Positions 39,804 through 50,087 of a stretch of DNA of 64,000 bases are shown piece after piece. The DNA is taken from assembly GCA_947625535.1 (NCBI GenBank), contig CANQOR010000001.1, forward strand, positions 2,661 through 66,660, in the 5' to 3' direction. The notes below the pieces were generated by a model. The model had not been told where the DNA came from and made no database searches. It was given only the letters and a program-made list of their open reading frames with translations. The position numbers and the translations under genes were made by a program. Positions within the stretch are counted from its first letter, which is position 1, and every line of letters begins with the position of its first letter. Source of the DNA: an uncultured Bacilli bacterium. GTDB lineage: Bacteria; Bacillota_I; Bacilli_A; RF39; UBA660.

Positions 39804-40490
39804 TTATCTTCTTGAAACTAATCTTAATGAACCTTCACATTGTTCATTTACTAATGTAGCATTATCTGGTACATCAACAATTAATTCTTTATCCATCATT
39901 TCACTAAATGGTTTAGTATGACATATTTGATAATCGATTTGAACATCAGATAAACCTTCTACTGTTATTTTAGAATAATCAACATTATCTTTAGGTTCTA
40001 TTACTTTAGTATATGTAGCATTTATTTTTTTAAAAGCTTCTTTACCATCTAGTTGATATCCATCTGGAGCCATATAAATACTAGTATCACCTATTTTAGT
40101 TTCAATAGCTGGTACTCTTTCTTCATAATAACCATTAATTGTTAAAACAACAATATCATGACCATCTTCAGTATAGTATTCATCTAATACTTGGCAATAT
40201 TTAATATTAGATTTAGTTATTTCATTATATAGTTTTTTACCATCACAATAACTTATATCATAAGCTTGATTAATAGTTACTTCATTAGGTAACATTAAGA
40301 AACTTTCATTAGTATATTCAGCTACTAAGTTTTTAACTCTTTGATTTTCTTTACCATTTATTAAATAATTAGCACCAGTAATTCCACCTACGACAAGACC
40401 ACCTGCTATAATAATAGCTGCTATTGTTTTACCAATTCTTTTAGCACCAGTCTTTTTTTCAGCATGTGCACCATTTGTATTATTTTCCAT
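39804..40490 (-). CDS. Hypothetical membrane-anchored protein
   Basis: Single N-terminal TM, strong AGGGGG RBS. Confidence 0.65.
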   Translation of the reverse strand: MENNTNGAHAEKKTGAKRIGKTIAAIIIAGGLVVGGITGANYLINGKENQRVKNLVAEYTNESFLMLPNEVTINQAYDISYCDGKKLYNEITKSNIKYCQVLDEYYTEDGHDIVVLTINGYYEERVPAIETKIGDTSIYMAPDGYQLDGKEAFKKINATYTKVIEPKDNVDYSKITVEGLSDVQIDYQICHTKPFSEMMDKELIVDVPDNATLVNEQCEGSLRLVSRR

Positions 40491-40558
40491 TTAAATCCCC
40501 CTAAGTGTTAATAATTTTAACATTCTAGAGTATTTTAGTCAAATTTTGCATAAAAAAA

Positions 40559-42046
40559 CTACTCTTCGTAGTTTTCTTCGATTATATCTGGTTCAGGTTC
40601 TGGTTCTGGTAAATCAAGACAATCTAAGTTATTTATATAATATTCAGTATCATCGATAATAATTTTGATAAAGTTTTCATTTAAACCTATTATATTTATT
40701 AATGTTCCTTCATTTAAAGTAAGATATTCATTATTATTTAAGAATAAGTAAGGTTTATATAGTAATGTAACATCTTTTTTTAAAGGTAATTCTAAATTAG
40801 TTTCTTCGAAGATAATTTCTTCAAGATTCATTTCAAAGCAATTAGGATCATTTATATAATAGAAGTTATCTTCATAGATAATTTTTATCCATTTATCATT
40901 CATACCTACCACTTCTATATTAGTATCTTTAGGTAAAGTACCTGCTTTATTAGGTAAATTGTTATAAGGACTTATTCTTAAATTAACTTCTTTAGTTAAT
41001 TTAGTAGACATATCCATATCTTTAAAGATTACTTCTTCTAAGTTACCAGGATTATATACTCCATTTACAATACTTCTTTTAGTTGCATCATTAGTTACAC
41101 TAAAGTAGGAAACATTCATATCTACACGACCAGTTATACCTGGAACACTACCACTACTAGTATATTGCCACATATGATGACGTCCTTTATAAGTATTTAC
41201 ATCATTATATAAAGCTAACCAAAGACGATAATTAGCAAACTTAGCCGTATCAAAGTATTTATTAAAAGCATTAGCATAAGAATATATCATCGGAGTATAA
41301 CCTTTACTTTTTATATAATCACAAAAAGCAATAGCATTATTAGTTAAAGTACTATAACTTACTCCTTTTAATCGATTACGATTAAATATTTCTGTATCAA
41401 TAGCAACAGGATATGATATATCATAATCTTTAATTAAGTTAACTACCCATTTAGCTTCTTCAATAGCTTCATTTTTATTTTTAGCCATTGAAAAGAAATA
41501 AACACCAACATTGATATTATTAGCAGTAGCTCCTTTAATATTATCTAAGAAACGATTATCTAAAGTTATTTCACCACTATCCATACCACGATAACCACAT
41601 CTTATCATAACAAAGTTAATGCCAGCAGCTTTAACTTTTTTCCAATCTATTTTACCTTGCCAAGTAGAGACATCAATACCTAAACTTGTTTCATTAGTTT
41701 CATATTTTTCAACAGCTTTTTTAGCTGTAGTTTTTTTAGCTTTACCTTTTTCTTTTTCATTCATTTTAACAGCTAGGGAAGGATCTTCTTTTATTTCTTT
41801 TTTACTAGCTAAATAAGTATTACCTATATCATCATACAATTCTATTACTTCAAAATCATTAGATGATTCTAAGAAATCAAAGATTTTTTCATCATATAAA
41901 GAAATTTTTTTAGTAGGTATTTTATTATTAACATTATTTTCTATTTTAATAGCATAACTATGATGATTTAAAGATACAAAAGAAAGAACTACAAATAGTA
42001 GAACAAGAATAAATATTATTTTTTTATCTTTACTTACCTTTTTCAT
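40559..42046 (-). CDS. GH25 muramidase with two C-terminal SH3b-like repeats
   Basis: GIDVSTWQG, VGVYFFS, AIDTE, WQYTSSG, VDMN; two similar C-terminal units. Confidence 0.88.
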   Translation of the reverse strand: MKKVSKDKKIIFILVLLFVVLSFVSLNHHSYAIKIENNVNNKIPTKKISLYDEKIFDFLESSNDFEVIELYDDIGNTYLASKKEIKEDPSLAVKMNEKEKGKAKKTTAKKAVEKYETNETSLGIDVSTWQGKIDWKKVKAAGINFVMIRCGYRGMDSGEITLDNRFLDNIKGATANNINVGVYFFSMAKNKNEAIEEAKWVVNLIKDYDISYPVAIDTEIFNRNRLKGVSYSTLTNNAIAFCDYIKSKGYTPMIYSYANAFNKYFDTAKFANYRLWLALYNDVNTYKGRHHMWQYTSSGSVPGITGRVDMNVSYFSVTNDATKRSIVNGVYNPGNLEEVIFKDMDMSTKLTKEVNLRISPYNNLPNKAGTLPKDTNIEVVGMNDKWIKIIYEDNFYYINDPNCFEMNLEEIIFEETNLELPLKKDVTLLYKPYLFLNNNEYLTLNEGTLINIIGLNENFIKIIIDDTEYYINNLDCLDLPEPEPEPDIIEENYEE

Positions 42047-42152
42047 ATCTTTTATCTCCTATTTTTACTATAACAAACTTAATTTTTTACTGCAATAAAT
42101 CGAAGATTTTATTTAATTTTTGACGTCAAATAAAAAAGACTTTTTAAGTCTT

Positions 42153-43319
42153 TTACCTAAAATATATTAAGTATAATAAGAAAGCTATAAAGATAATTAA
42201 ACATAGTAAACCATTAATACGTTCACTAGTTTTAGATTTACCATCTATACCAACAGCCATAGTAGCAAATAAACCACCTATTAAACCACCTATATGACAG
42301 TAGTTATCTATACCTTCAACTAAGAAACCAATAGCTAAGTTCATTACTACGACAGGAATTATTTGTCTTCTTAAAGCATTACCTAAGTATGTACGATAGT
42401 GATATCCAAAGTATAATAAAGCTCCTGCTAAACCAAAGATAGCTCCAGAAGCTCCAACTGATATAACAGATGAACCTCCTATAAAGGCTGATAATAATCC
42501 ACCGCAAATACCACTTAAGATATAAATTATAAGGAATTTAACTTTACCAACAAAGGTTTCAACTTGTGTACCTAGGATATATAATGAATACATATTAACT
42601 AGTAAATGAATTAATGAAGCATGAATAAACATATAAGATAGTAAACGCCATACTTCACCACTTTTTAATAATAAGAAGTTATTAGCTCCTAGAGTTAAAG
42701 CTGTTAAATTAGTTATACCATTTAAAGCAGCTATAGTTCCATCCATAACACAAGATAAGATAAACATAGCTATACATATTATAATAATTAGATTAGTCAT
42801 TATAATTCTTTTAGGTTTAAAAGTCTTTTCATATAACTTATTATCTTTTTCAGTTTTTTGATTAATATCTTTTGTTACATTAATAATTAATTCTACACCA
42901 TTAGTATCTTTTAATAGTTTTTCATTAATATTAGGGAAAGCTTCTAAGATACCTTCATTAGTAATATTTAAATCATTACCTACTAAAGATACTGGTTTAA
43001 TATGTTTAGTTTCTTCTAGTTCTAAATCTTCATTAACATCTAATAAAATATTTAAAGTATCAACATTAAAAGAAAAAGTTTTCTTTTTTATTTGTTTAAC
43101 AATACTTTCTATTTTGTAATTATCATATTCTAATTGTTCTTTGTTATATATATTATTAGAATTTATTCTAACTATACGATAAGGTCCTTCTGAATTTTCT
43201 AACCATATTTCATCTTTAACGCCATTAACAACTATTGGATTATAATTGCCTTCGGTAATAAAATAATGAACTAATTTCATAATTATTTCATCTTTTTTGT
43301 TCATGACGATTGTGCTCAT
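42153..43319 (-). CDS. Rhomboid intramembrane protease (GluP/YqgP-like)
   Basis: WRL, H...HL..N, GASG, HIGG. Confidence 0.92.
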   Translation of the reverse strand: MSTIVMNKKDEIIMKLVHYFITEGNYNPIVVNGVKDEIWLENSEGPYRIVRINSNNIYNKEQLEYDNYKIESIVKQIKKKTFSFNVDTLNILLDVNEDLELEETKHIKPVSLVGNDLNITNEGILEAFPNINEKLLKDTNGVELIINVTKDINQKTEKDNKLYEKTFKPKRIIMTNLIIIICIAMFILSCVMDGTIAALNGITNLTALTLGANNFLLLKSGEVWRLLSYMFIHASLIHLLVNMYSLYILGTQVETFVGKVKFLIIYILSGICGGLLSAFIGGSSVISVGASGAIFGLAGALLYFGYHYRTYLGNALRRQIIPVVVMNLAIGFLVEGIDNYCHIGGLIGGLFATMAVGIDGKSKTSERINGLLCLIIFIAFLLYLIYFR

Positions 43320-43467
43320 ATGTGTCCTCCTATCTATAATTTTATTATAATTTTTACTTCTCGTAAAGATTTATTAATATTGTATTTGTTAAGTTATGAT
43401 AAGTCAATTAGGAATATTAATCATAGTTTATTTACTCAATTAATATTATTTAATATGAGGTGAAAAA

Positions 43468-43803
43468 ATGATTTATTTACTAATTGGTTCTTATATAATA
43501 GTTTTATTTTTATTATCTTTTTTATTTTGTCATATTATTTATGAAAAGAAAATGAAGAATGATTTATTCTTTTTTGTAATATCTAATTTTATTTTATCAT
43601 TTTCTTTTTTAGTTTTACTTTTCTATTATCATGATTATTTATTTAGTTTAATAAATATATTCTTTTTACTTATTAATACTATTTTTTTAAGTTTTGAAAT
43701 TAAATTAACTTATGATAAGTATCGTTTATTTTCTATACCTTATTTAATTTATATAGCTTTTATTTTTTATCTTATTTTTGATTTGTTTCTAATGAATCTA
43801 TAA
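43468..43803 (+). CDS. Small membrane protein, possible degenerate TspO/MBR
   Basis: Four hydrophobic helices; IPYLIYIAF..YL...N C-terminus; GAGGTG RBS. Confidence 0.5.
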   Translation: MIYLLIGSYIIVLFLLSFLFCHIIYEKKMKNDLFFFVISNFILSFSFLVLLFYYHDYLFSLINIFFLLINTIFLSFEIKLTYDKYRLFSIPYLIYIAFIFYLIFDLFLMNL

Positions 43804-44677
43804 AGTTTTGGAAGTATTCAGGTAAAGGACATTCAAAGTGCATTTCTTTTTTAGTTATCGGATGAATAAAGTCCATTTTAGCTGAATGTAAGAATTGACC
43901 AAATTCGGTAGCTTTTTTAGTATTATATACGGGATCATTATATATAGGATAACCAATATAATTTAAATGAACTCTTATTTGATGAGTACGACCTGTTTTT
44001 AAAATTAAACTTACTAAGGTATAACCTTTATATCTTTTTAAGACTTTTAAGTAAGTAATGGCTTCTTTAGAGTTTTCAGCAACAACAGCCATTTTTTTAC
44101 GGTCTTTGGGATCACGACCAATTGGAGCATCAATAGTGGCCGATTCATGAGGAAATTCACCACATATTAAAGCAATATATTCTCTTTTTATATGGTCATG
44201 ATTTTTAAAATATTCCGTTAAGATAGCATGAGTTTTATTATTTTTAGCAACTAGTAATAAACCTGATGTATCTTTATCTATACGATGAACGATACCAGGA
44301 CGTTCTTCACCATTTAAATCACTTAAGTTATTAGTATAGTGCATTAAACCATTAACTAAAGTATTATCAAAGTTACCACTACCAGGATGAACAACTAAAC
44401 CACTTGGTTTATTAATAACCATTAAGTCATTATCTTCGTAGATAATATCTAAAGGCATCTTAGTAGCTGTAATATCAACTTTTTCTATAAAACCATCTTT
44501 TATTTCAATATTATCATTTTCTCTTACTTTATAAGAAGCTTTAGCTATTTTATTATTTACTAAGATATAATCACTATCAAGCATTTTAGTAATAGTTGAT
44601 CTTGAATATTCAGTGTTATTAGCTAAATATTTATCTAGTCTTTCGTTTACTTGTTCTTTTGGTACTATTAGTTTCAT
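43772..44677 (-). CDS. RluA/RluD-family pseudouridine synthase
   Basis: S4 domain, NKPSGLVVHP, HRIDKDTSG, GRTHQIRVH. Confidence 0.95.
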   Translation of the reverse strand: MKLIVPKEQVNERLDKYLANNTEYSRSTITKMLDSDYILVNNKIAKASYKVRENDNIEIKDGFIEKVDITATKMPLDIIYEDNDLMVINKPSGLVVHPGSGNFDNTLVNGLMHYTNNLSDLNGEERPGIVHRIDKDTSGLLLVAKNNKTHAILTEYFKNHDHIKREYIALICGEFPHESATIDAPIGRDPKDRKKMAVVAENSKEAITYLKVLKRYKGYTLVSLILKTGRTHQIRVHLNYIGYPIYNDPVYNTKKATEFGQFLHSAKMDFIHPITKKEMHFECPLPEYFQNFIDSLETNQK

Positions 44678-45137
44678 TTACATCTTCCCCTTTAATTACA
44701 GCATATATAAGTAGGATGACACCTATTACAATAGCCATATCAGCAATATTAAATACCGGATAATCATATTTAAAGATATAGAAATCTAAGAAGTCTCTTA
44801 CATAACCAAATACTATTCGATCTATTAAATTGCCAGCTAAACCACCAAATAATAAACCAAAAGCAAAATCATTACGAAGATTCTTTTTAAAACAAAAGAT
44901 AAAATGATATATTAGAAAAAGAGCTATTAAAGTTCCAATTATAATAATTATTTTACTATCTTTAAAGATACCCCATGCGGCTCCAAAATTATGACATAAA
45001 GTCAAATAAAAAAAATGATTTATTATTTTAACAGATTCATTTAAATTTAAAAAGGTACAAGCTAATATTTTAGTTAGTTGATCCAAAGCTAATGTGATTA
45101 TAGCAAATATTAAGATTTTCTTATTCACTTGGAACAC
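44631..45137 (-). CDS. lspA: Lipoprotein signal peptidase II
   Basis: DQLTK, N.GAAWG, GNLIDR, VRDF, FNIAD. Confidence 0.95.
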   Translation of the reverse strand: MFQVNKKILIFAIITLALDQLTKILACTFLNLNESVKIINHFFYLTLCHNFGAAWGIFKDSKIIIIIGTLIALFLIYHFIFCFKKNLRNDFAFGLLFGGLAGNLIDRIVFGYVRDFLDFYIFKYDYPVFNIADMAIVIGVILLIYAVIKGEDVNETNSTKRTSKRKTR

Positions 45138-45153
45138 CTCTTTTTAAATTATA

Positions 45154-45378
45154 TCATAAATTAACTAAAATTACATCTTCACCTATCTTAGTTATATCAT
45201 CAAATGATACTTTTGTATCTTCAGTTGACACAATAAATTTTTTAAATGTTTTCTTTTCTTCAATAATTAAATTTATTATACGACCTTGATTATTTATTTC
45301 AGCATCAATAATACGACCGATACGACGACCATCTTTAACACTAATGATATCTTTACTTTGAAGATCTGATAAATACAT
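45154..45378 (-). CDS. ylmC: YlmC/YmxH PRC-barrel sporulation protein
   Basis: LSDLQSKDIISVKDG, ITKIGEDVILV; follows sigG. Confidence 0.88.
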   Translation of the reverse strand: MYLSDLQSKDIISVKDGRRIGRIIDAEINNQGRIINLIIEEKKTFKKFIVSTEDTKVSFDDITKIGEDVILVNL

Positions 45379-45408
45379 ATTATCACCTTAATAATTATAT
45401 GTTTTATT

Positions 45409-46182
45409 TTATTTAACTAGTCTTTTTATATTTTCTAAAGCACTCTTTTCTATGCGAGATACTTGGGCTTGAGAAATATTTAGTTCTTCACTTAATTCGG
45501 TTTGGGTTTTCCCGATAATATAACGATTATAAATTATTTCACGTTCACGATCTTTTAATTTATGTAAAGCTTTTCTTAAGGATATTAAGGTTTCTTTATC
45601 ATATTCAGGAGTTTCAGCTTTTATTTGATCTAGTAAATAGATGGTATCACCACCATCTGTATATATAGGGGTATGAATACTTATAGGTTCTTTTAAAGCA
45701 TTAAGAGCATAAGATATAAAGTATTCTTCAATACCTAAAGTTTCAGCTATTTGTTTGTTAGATGGTTCTTCACCATATGTATTATAGTATTTTTCTTTAT
45801 AGTTAAGTATTTTATAAGCTATATCTTTGGTACTACGACTTACTCTTATAGGGGTTTCATCGCGAAAAGCTCTTAAGATTTCTCCTTTTATTAAGAAAAC
45901 AGCATAGGTACTAAAACATACATTTAGATTTAAGTCAAAGTTATCAATAGCTTTAATTAAACCAATACATCCTATTTGAAACATATCGTTTATATTATTA
46001 GGAGTAGTTTTAAATTTTTTTAAGATACTTAGGACTAGTTTTAAGTTACCTTCAACTAATTTTTCTTTAGCATTTAAATTACCATTTTGGTATTCTTTAA
46101 ATAATTTAATCATTTCTTCATTAGTTAAAGTTTTTAAAGTACTAGTATTAACTCCCGTTATTTCTACTTTATGATTATACAT
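45409..46182 (-). CDS. sigG: Sporulation sigma factor SigG
   Basis: KVEITGVNTSTL, FQIGCIGLIKAIDNFD, IYTDGGDTIYLLDQI, ISQAQVSRIEK. Confidence 0.92.
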   Translation of the reverse strand: MYNHKVEITGVNTSTLKTLTNEEMIKLFKEYQNGNLNAKEKLVEGNLKLVLSILKKFKTTPNNINDMFQIGCIGLIKAIDNFDLNLNVCFSTYAVFLIKGEILRAFRDETPIRVSRSTKDIAYKILNYKEKYYNTYGEEPSNKQIAETLGIEEYFISYALNALKEPISIHTPIYTDGGDTIYLLDQIKAETPEYDKETLISLRKALHKLKDREREIIYNRYIIGKTQTELSEELNISQAQVSRIEKSALENIKRLVK

Positions 46183-46234
46183 AAAAAACTCCTTTCAAAC
46201 CTATAGTGGTTTAAAAAGAGTTTTTTTATACATA

Positions 46235-47128
46235 TTATTTTTTAATTAATTTAGAGATAAAGAATCCTTCATATAAAGAAGATGGAGAAATGGTAATTAC
46301 GCCATTTAAGTTTGAAGGTAAGTAAGGTAGATCTTGATACTTAGTAATATCTAAAGGTTCTATTTTAATATTAGGATATTTATTTAAGATATAATTTAAG
46401 ACTTCTTCATTTTCACTTTTTAAGATACTACATGTTGAATATATAAGAGTACCTCCTACTTTTAAATGTTTAAGAGCTTCTTCTAATAAAACTTTTTGGG
46501 TATTAGATGAACGATTAATTAAGTCAAGAGTAAAATTATTAAATGAATCATTAATATTTAATGTACCACTTCCACTACAAGGGGCATCTAAAAGGATTTT
46601 ATCAAACATAAAATATTCATCTAAATGACGAGCATCTGTTGTTATAACTGAGACTTTTTTGGTACCTTGTAATTCTAAATTATATTTTAATCTTTCAGCT
46701 CTTATTTTATTTTTTTCAATAGCTGTTATCATAGCTTTATTATTAGTTAAAGCAGCTATTTCAGTTGTTTTACCACCAGGTGCTGCAGCCATATCTAAGA
46801 TAAGTTCATTATCTTTAGCTTCTAAGAATAAGGGTGGTAACATAGAAGATAAACTTTGTAAATATATTTTACCTTCTTGGTAGATATTTAAATTTTCAAT
46901 AGTATTTTCATTAGTATCTGGTAATACTAAAGCATTAGGATACCAAGAAAGATGATGATATTTAAGATGGTTATTATCTAAGATAGCAGTTACTTCTTCT
47001 AAAGATGATTTTAAGTTATTAACTCTTAATGTAACTGGTCTTTTGGTATTATAACCTTCTAATATTTTATTTAAATCATTAGGATTATAATAGGAAGTTA
47101 ATTGTTCTTTTAAAAATTCTGGAATCAT
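46235..47128 (-). CDS. RsmB/RsmF-type m5C RNA methyltransferase
   Basis: DMAAAPGGKT, DAPCSGSG, YSTCS. Confidence 0.92.
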   Translation of the reverse strand: MIPEFLKEQLTSYYNPNDLNKILEGYNTKRPVTLRVNNLKSSLEEVTAILDNNHLKYHHLSWYPNALVLPDTNENTIENLNIYQEGKIYLQSLSSMLPPLFLEAKDNELILDMAAAPGGKTTEIAALTNNKAMITAIEKNKIRAERLKYNLELQGTKKVSVITTDARHLDEYFMFDKILLDAPCSGSGTLNINDSFNNFTLDLINRSSNTQKVLLEEALKHLKVGGTLIYSTCSILKSENEEVLNYILNKYPNIKIEPLDITKYQDLPYLPSNLNGVITISPSSLYEGFFISKLIKK

Positions 47129-47181
47129 AAAATACCTCTTTAATAATTTTAGTATAGCATAAAAAAAGTAGATTTCTCTAC

Positions 47182-48009
47182 TTATTTAATAATTAGGAAA
47201 TATAATAAAACAATTATACCTAATGCTATACGATACCAACCAAAAGGTTTAAAGTCATGTTTTCTTATATAGTTAATTAGGAATTTAATAATTATTAAAG
47301 AAACAATAAATGCTACTAAGCATCCTACTCCTAAAATTAATAATTCACTAGTAGTAAAAACTAAACCTACTTCTAAGATATATTTAACAAGTTTAAGTAA
47401 GGAAGCTCCTGCCATAACAGGAATAGCTAAGAAGAAAGTAAATTCAGCAGCAACACTTCTTTTTAATCCTAAGACTAAACCACCTATAATAGTAGCACCA
47501 CTACGACTTGTACCAGGAATTAGAGAAAGTAATTGGAATCCTCCTACTCCTAAAGCTTGCTTGTAAGTAATATCATTTAATTCTTTGGTAGTTCCTTTAC
47601 CAATATTTTTAGATTCTATAATTAAGAAAGCTATACCATAGATGATTAACATTAGAGAAACTACAACACTATTATATAAGTGTTCATCTAACCAATCATC
47701 AAATAATAAACCAATAATAGCTGCAGGAATACAAGCAACTAATATTTTACCCCATAAGTTCCAAGTACTTAGTCTTTCTTTTTTATTTTTACCAAAACCA
47801 AAAGGACATATAGTTTTAAAATACATAATTACGACAGCTAAGATAGCACCTAGTTGAATAACTACTTCAAATAGTTTATAAAATTCATCAGAGACATCTA
47901 ATTTAATAAATTCATTTAATAAAATCATATGGCCAGTAGAAGATATTGGTAACCATTCCGTTATACCTTCAACGATACCAAATAAAATAGCTTTTAAGAT
48001 TTCTAACAT
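47182..48009 (-). CDS. uppP: Undecaprenyl-diphosphate phosphatase
   Basis: EGITEWLPISSTGH, PGTSRSG. Confidence 0.96.
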   Translation of the reverse strand: MLEILKAILFGIVEGITEWLPISSTGHMILLNEFIKLDVSDEFYKLFEVVIQLGAILAVVIMYFKTICPFGFGKNKKERLSTWNLWGKILVACIPAAIIGLLFDDWLDEHLYNSVVVSLMLIIYGIAFLIIESKNIGKGTTKELNDITYKQALGVGGFQLLSLIPGTSRSGATIIGGLVLGLKRSVAAEFTFFLAIPVMAGASLLKLVKYILEVGLVFTTSELLILGVGCLVAFIVSLIIIKFLINYIRKHDFKPFGWYRIALGIIVLLYFLIIK

Positions 48010-48019
48010 TATGACACTC

Positions 48020-48238
48020 CTATTCTACAACTTGATAATCTAATTTAGAAATACATTCTTTAACTTCATTCATATCTAATTCTTTTTTAGAAGTAATAGT
48101 TACTTTTTTAGATTCTAAATCTACTTTTACTTTAGTTACATTATCTAGTTCTTCTAAAGCATTAATAACTTTTTTAGCACAGTGTTCACAATGCATTCCT
48201 TCAACTTTTATTTCTGTATTAATTTTTTTACCAAACAT
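48020..48238 (-). CDS. HMA-domain metal chaperone (CopZ-like)
   Basis: GMHCEHC. Confidence 0.9.
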   Translation of the reverse strand: MFGKKINTEIKVEGMHCEHCAKKVINALEELDNVTKVKVDLESKKVTITSKKELDMNEVKECISKLDYQVVE

Positions 48239-48240
48239 AA

Positions 48241-49443
48241 TTATTTTCTCCTTTTCTTTTTAAATATTATGATAGTTAATAAACAAATAATAATGAATGT
48301 AGCCATAACTATAACAATAATATTATTATTTTTTAGATATTCTTTAAAACTAAATTCTATTTTAGTATTTAAGTATATTGTTTCTTCTTTTAATAGTTCA
48401 TTATCATAGTAGTAAGATATTGTTCCAATACTTTCACCTACTTTATTATTGGAAGATAATGTTTTAGGACCATTAAATTCTATTTTAAATAAATCTTTAT
48501 TATAATCTTCTGGTAAGAAGAATGAGATATCTTCAGAAGCTTCTATATTATATTCTTTTTGTTTACTATTTTTAATATCTATTTTATAGATAATATCACC
48601 TTTTTTAACTAGTTCTACGTTATTATATTTTTGATCTATAAAATCAATTAAATCTAAAGTATCAATTAAGTTATATGATAAACCATTTTTTCTTTCAGCA
48701 TTAAGTAAGATGATTAAGAAGTCATGATTATCAGAATTAATTAAAGCTGACATACAATAACCAGCATCGTTTGTAAAACCTGTTTTACTACCTAAGATTC
48801 TTGAGGTATCAAGATGCATTGTATTATTATAAGTATTGATAGTTGAATATACGGTAAGATTATTACTTAAGGTATAAGACTTAGTAGTATATATTTCTTT
48901 AAATTTAGGATTTTGTAAGGCATACTTAAGAAGAGTTAAAACATCTTTAATAGTACTATAATGTCCTTCAGCATCTAAACCAGTTACATTAACGTAATGG
49001 GTATTATTCATGCCTAATTCTTGAGCTTTAGCATTCATTTTGTCAGTAAAGTTTTTAACTGAACCACTAGTTGATACAGCAATAGATATAGTAGCATCAG
49101 CACCAGATGGTAAGATAGAAGCATAAAGTAAGTCTTCATATGTTACACAGTCTCCGACTTTTAAACCAGCTATGGAAGCATCCCAACGGACTTGATTTAA
49201 CATTTCTTTAGTAATAGTTATTTCTTCGTTTAGATCTTCTATATTTTCTAAAGCTGTAATTGTAGTCATTATTTTAGTTAAACTAGCAATACTAGATATT
49301 TCTTCACTATTTTTTTCATATAATATTTTATCATCTGTTAAATCATAAACTAAACCCTTTTTAGAATTTAATTCTGGATATGTTAAAGCGTAGATGTTTA
49401 AGGGCAATAATAAAATTATTAATGTATATATTATTTTTTTCAT
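48241..49443 (-). CDS. D-alanyl-D-alanine carboxypeptidase (S11)
   Basis: ASLTK, SGAD, KTG; signal peptide and C-terminal TM. Confidence 0.92.
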   Translation of the reverse strand: MKKIIYTLIILLLPLNIYALTYPELNSKKGLVYDLTDDKILYEKNSEEISSIASLTKIMTTITALENIEDLNEEITITKEMLNQVRWDASIAGLKVGDCVTYEDLLYASILPSGADATISIAVSTSGSVKNFTDKMNAKAQELGMNNTHYVNVTGLDAEGHYSTIKDVLTLLKYALQNPKFKEIYTTKSYTLSNNLTVYSTINTYNNTMHLDTSRILGSKTGFTNDAGYCMSALINSDNHDFLIILLNAERKNGLSYNLIDTLDLIDFIDQKYNNVELVKKGDIIYKIDIKNSKQKEYNIEASEDISFFLPEDYNKDLFKIEFNGPKTLSSNNKVGESIGTISYYYDNELLKEETIYLNTKIEFSFKEYLKNNNIIVIVMATFIIICLLTIIIFKKKRRK

Positions 49444-49513
49444 TTCATCACCTTTTAATCTTTATTTATTTTATCACATAAAAAGTAGACAATAAATACT
49501 TCTTTGTCTACTT

Positions 49514-49990
49514 TTATAAATTTGACTTTTTTGTACTTAAGTATTGTTCTTTAGTTGGATAAAGAATTAATCTTTTTTCTTCACCAACAGCATATACAGA
49601 ATCACTAATATTTAAAGTTTTAATTGGATTTTCAGGTATTTCAATTTTTCTTAATTCATTTACTTTTTCATAAGAGATAGCTATCATACCATAAATTATT
49701 CTTTGTAAATCTATATATCTTAAGTAATCTATTTGACCATTGTTTCTTAATTCCGTAAGATGGTTTTGTAAGATAGCTATTTTTTCTTCAAATTCTTGTA
49801 GTTGCATAATAACAATACGAGTACGATTTAAAGAATCACGAACAGCTAACTCAGGAGCGACACGACCTAGACCAAACATAAGACCAAGTTGGTCATTTGG
49901 TTCAGCATAGGTAAATGATGGCATTACTAAACGACGACCTTTACTAACGGAAATAGTTGTTTCACCAATAATTGGTTTTTCACCAAACAT
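49514..49990 (-). CDS. Divergent MraZ-like (SpoVT/AbrB) protein
   Basis: GE....SKGRRLVMP and second repeat RKIEIP...VYAVGEEKRLILY. Confidence 0.55.
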   Translation of the reverse strand: MFGEKPIIGETTISVSKGRRLVMPSFTYAEPNDQLGLMFGLGRVAPELAVRDSLNRTRIVIMQLQEFEEKIAILQNHLTELRNNGQIDYLRYIDLQRIIYGMIAISYEKVNELRKIEIPENPIKTLNISDSVYAVGEEKRLILYPTKEQYLSTKKSNL

Positions 49991-50087
49991 ATCTAACGCT
50001 CCTTTCAGGGTATTATTTTATAATTGGAGCTTAAGAAAGTCAAAAATTGGTCCTATTAGCAAGAAAAAAATACATTTGGAATGTATT

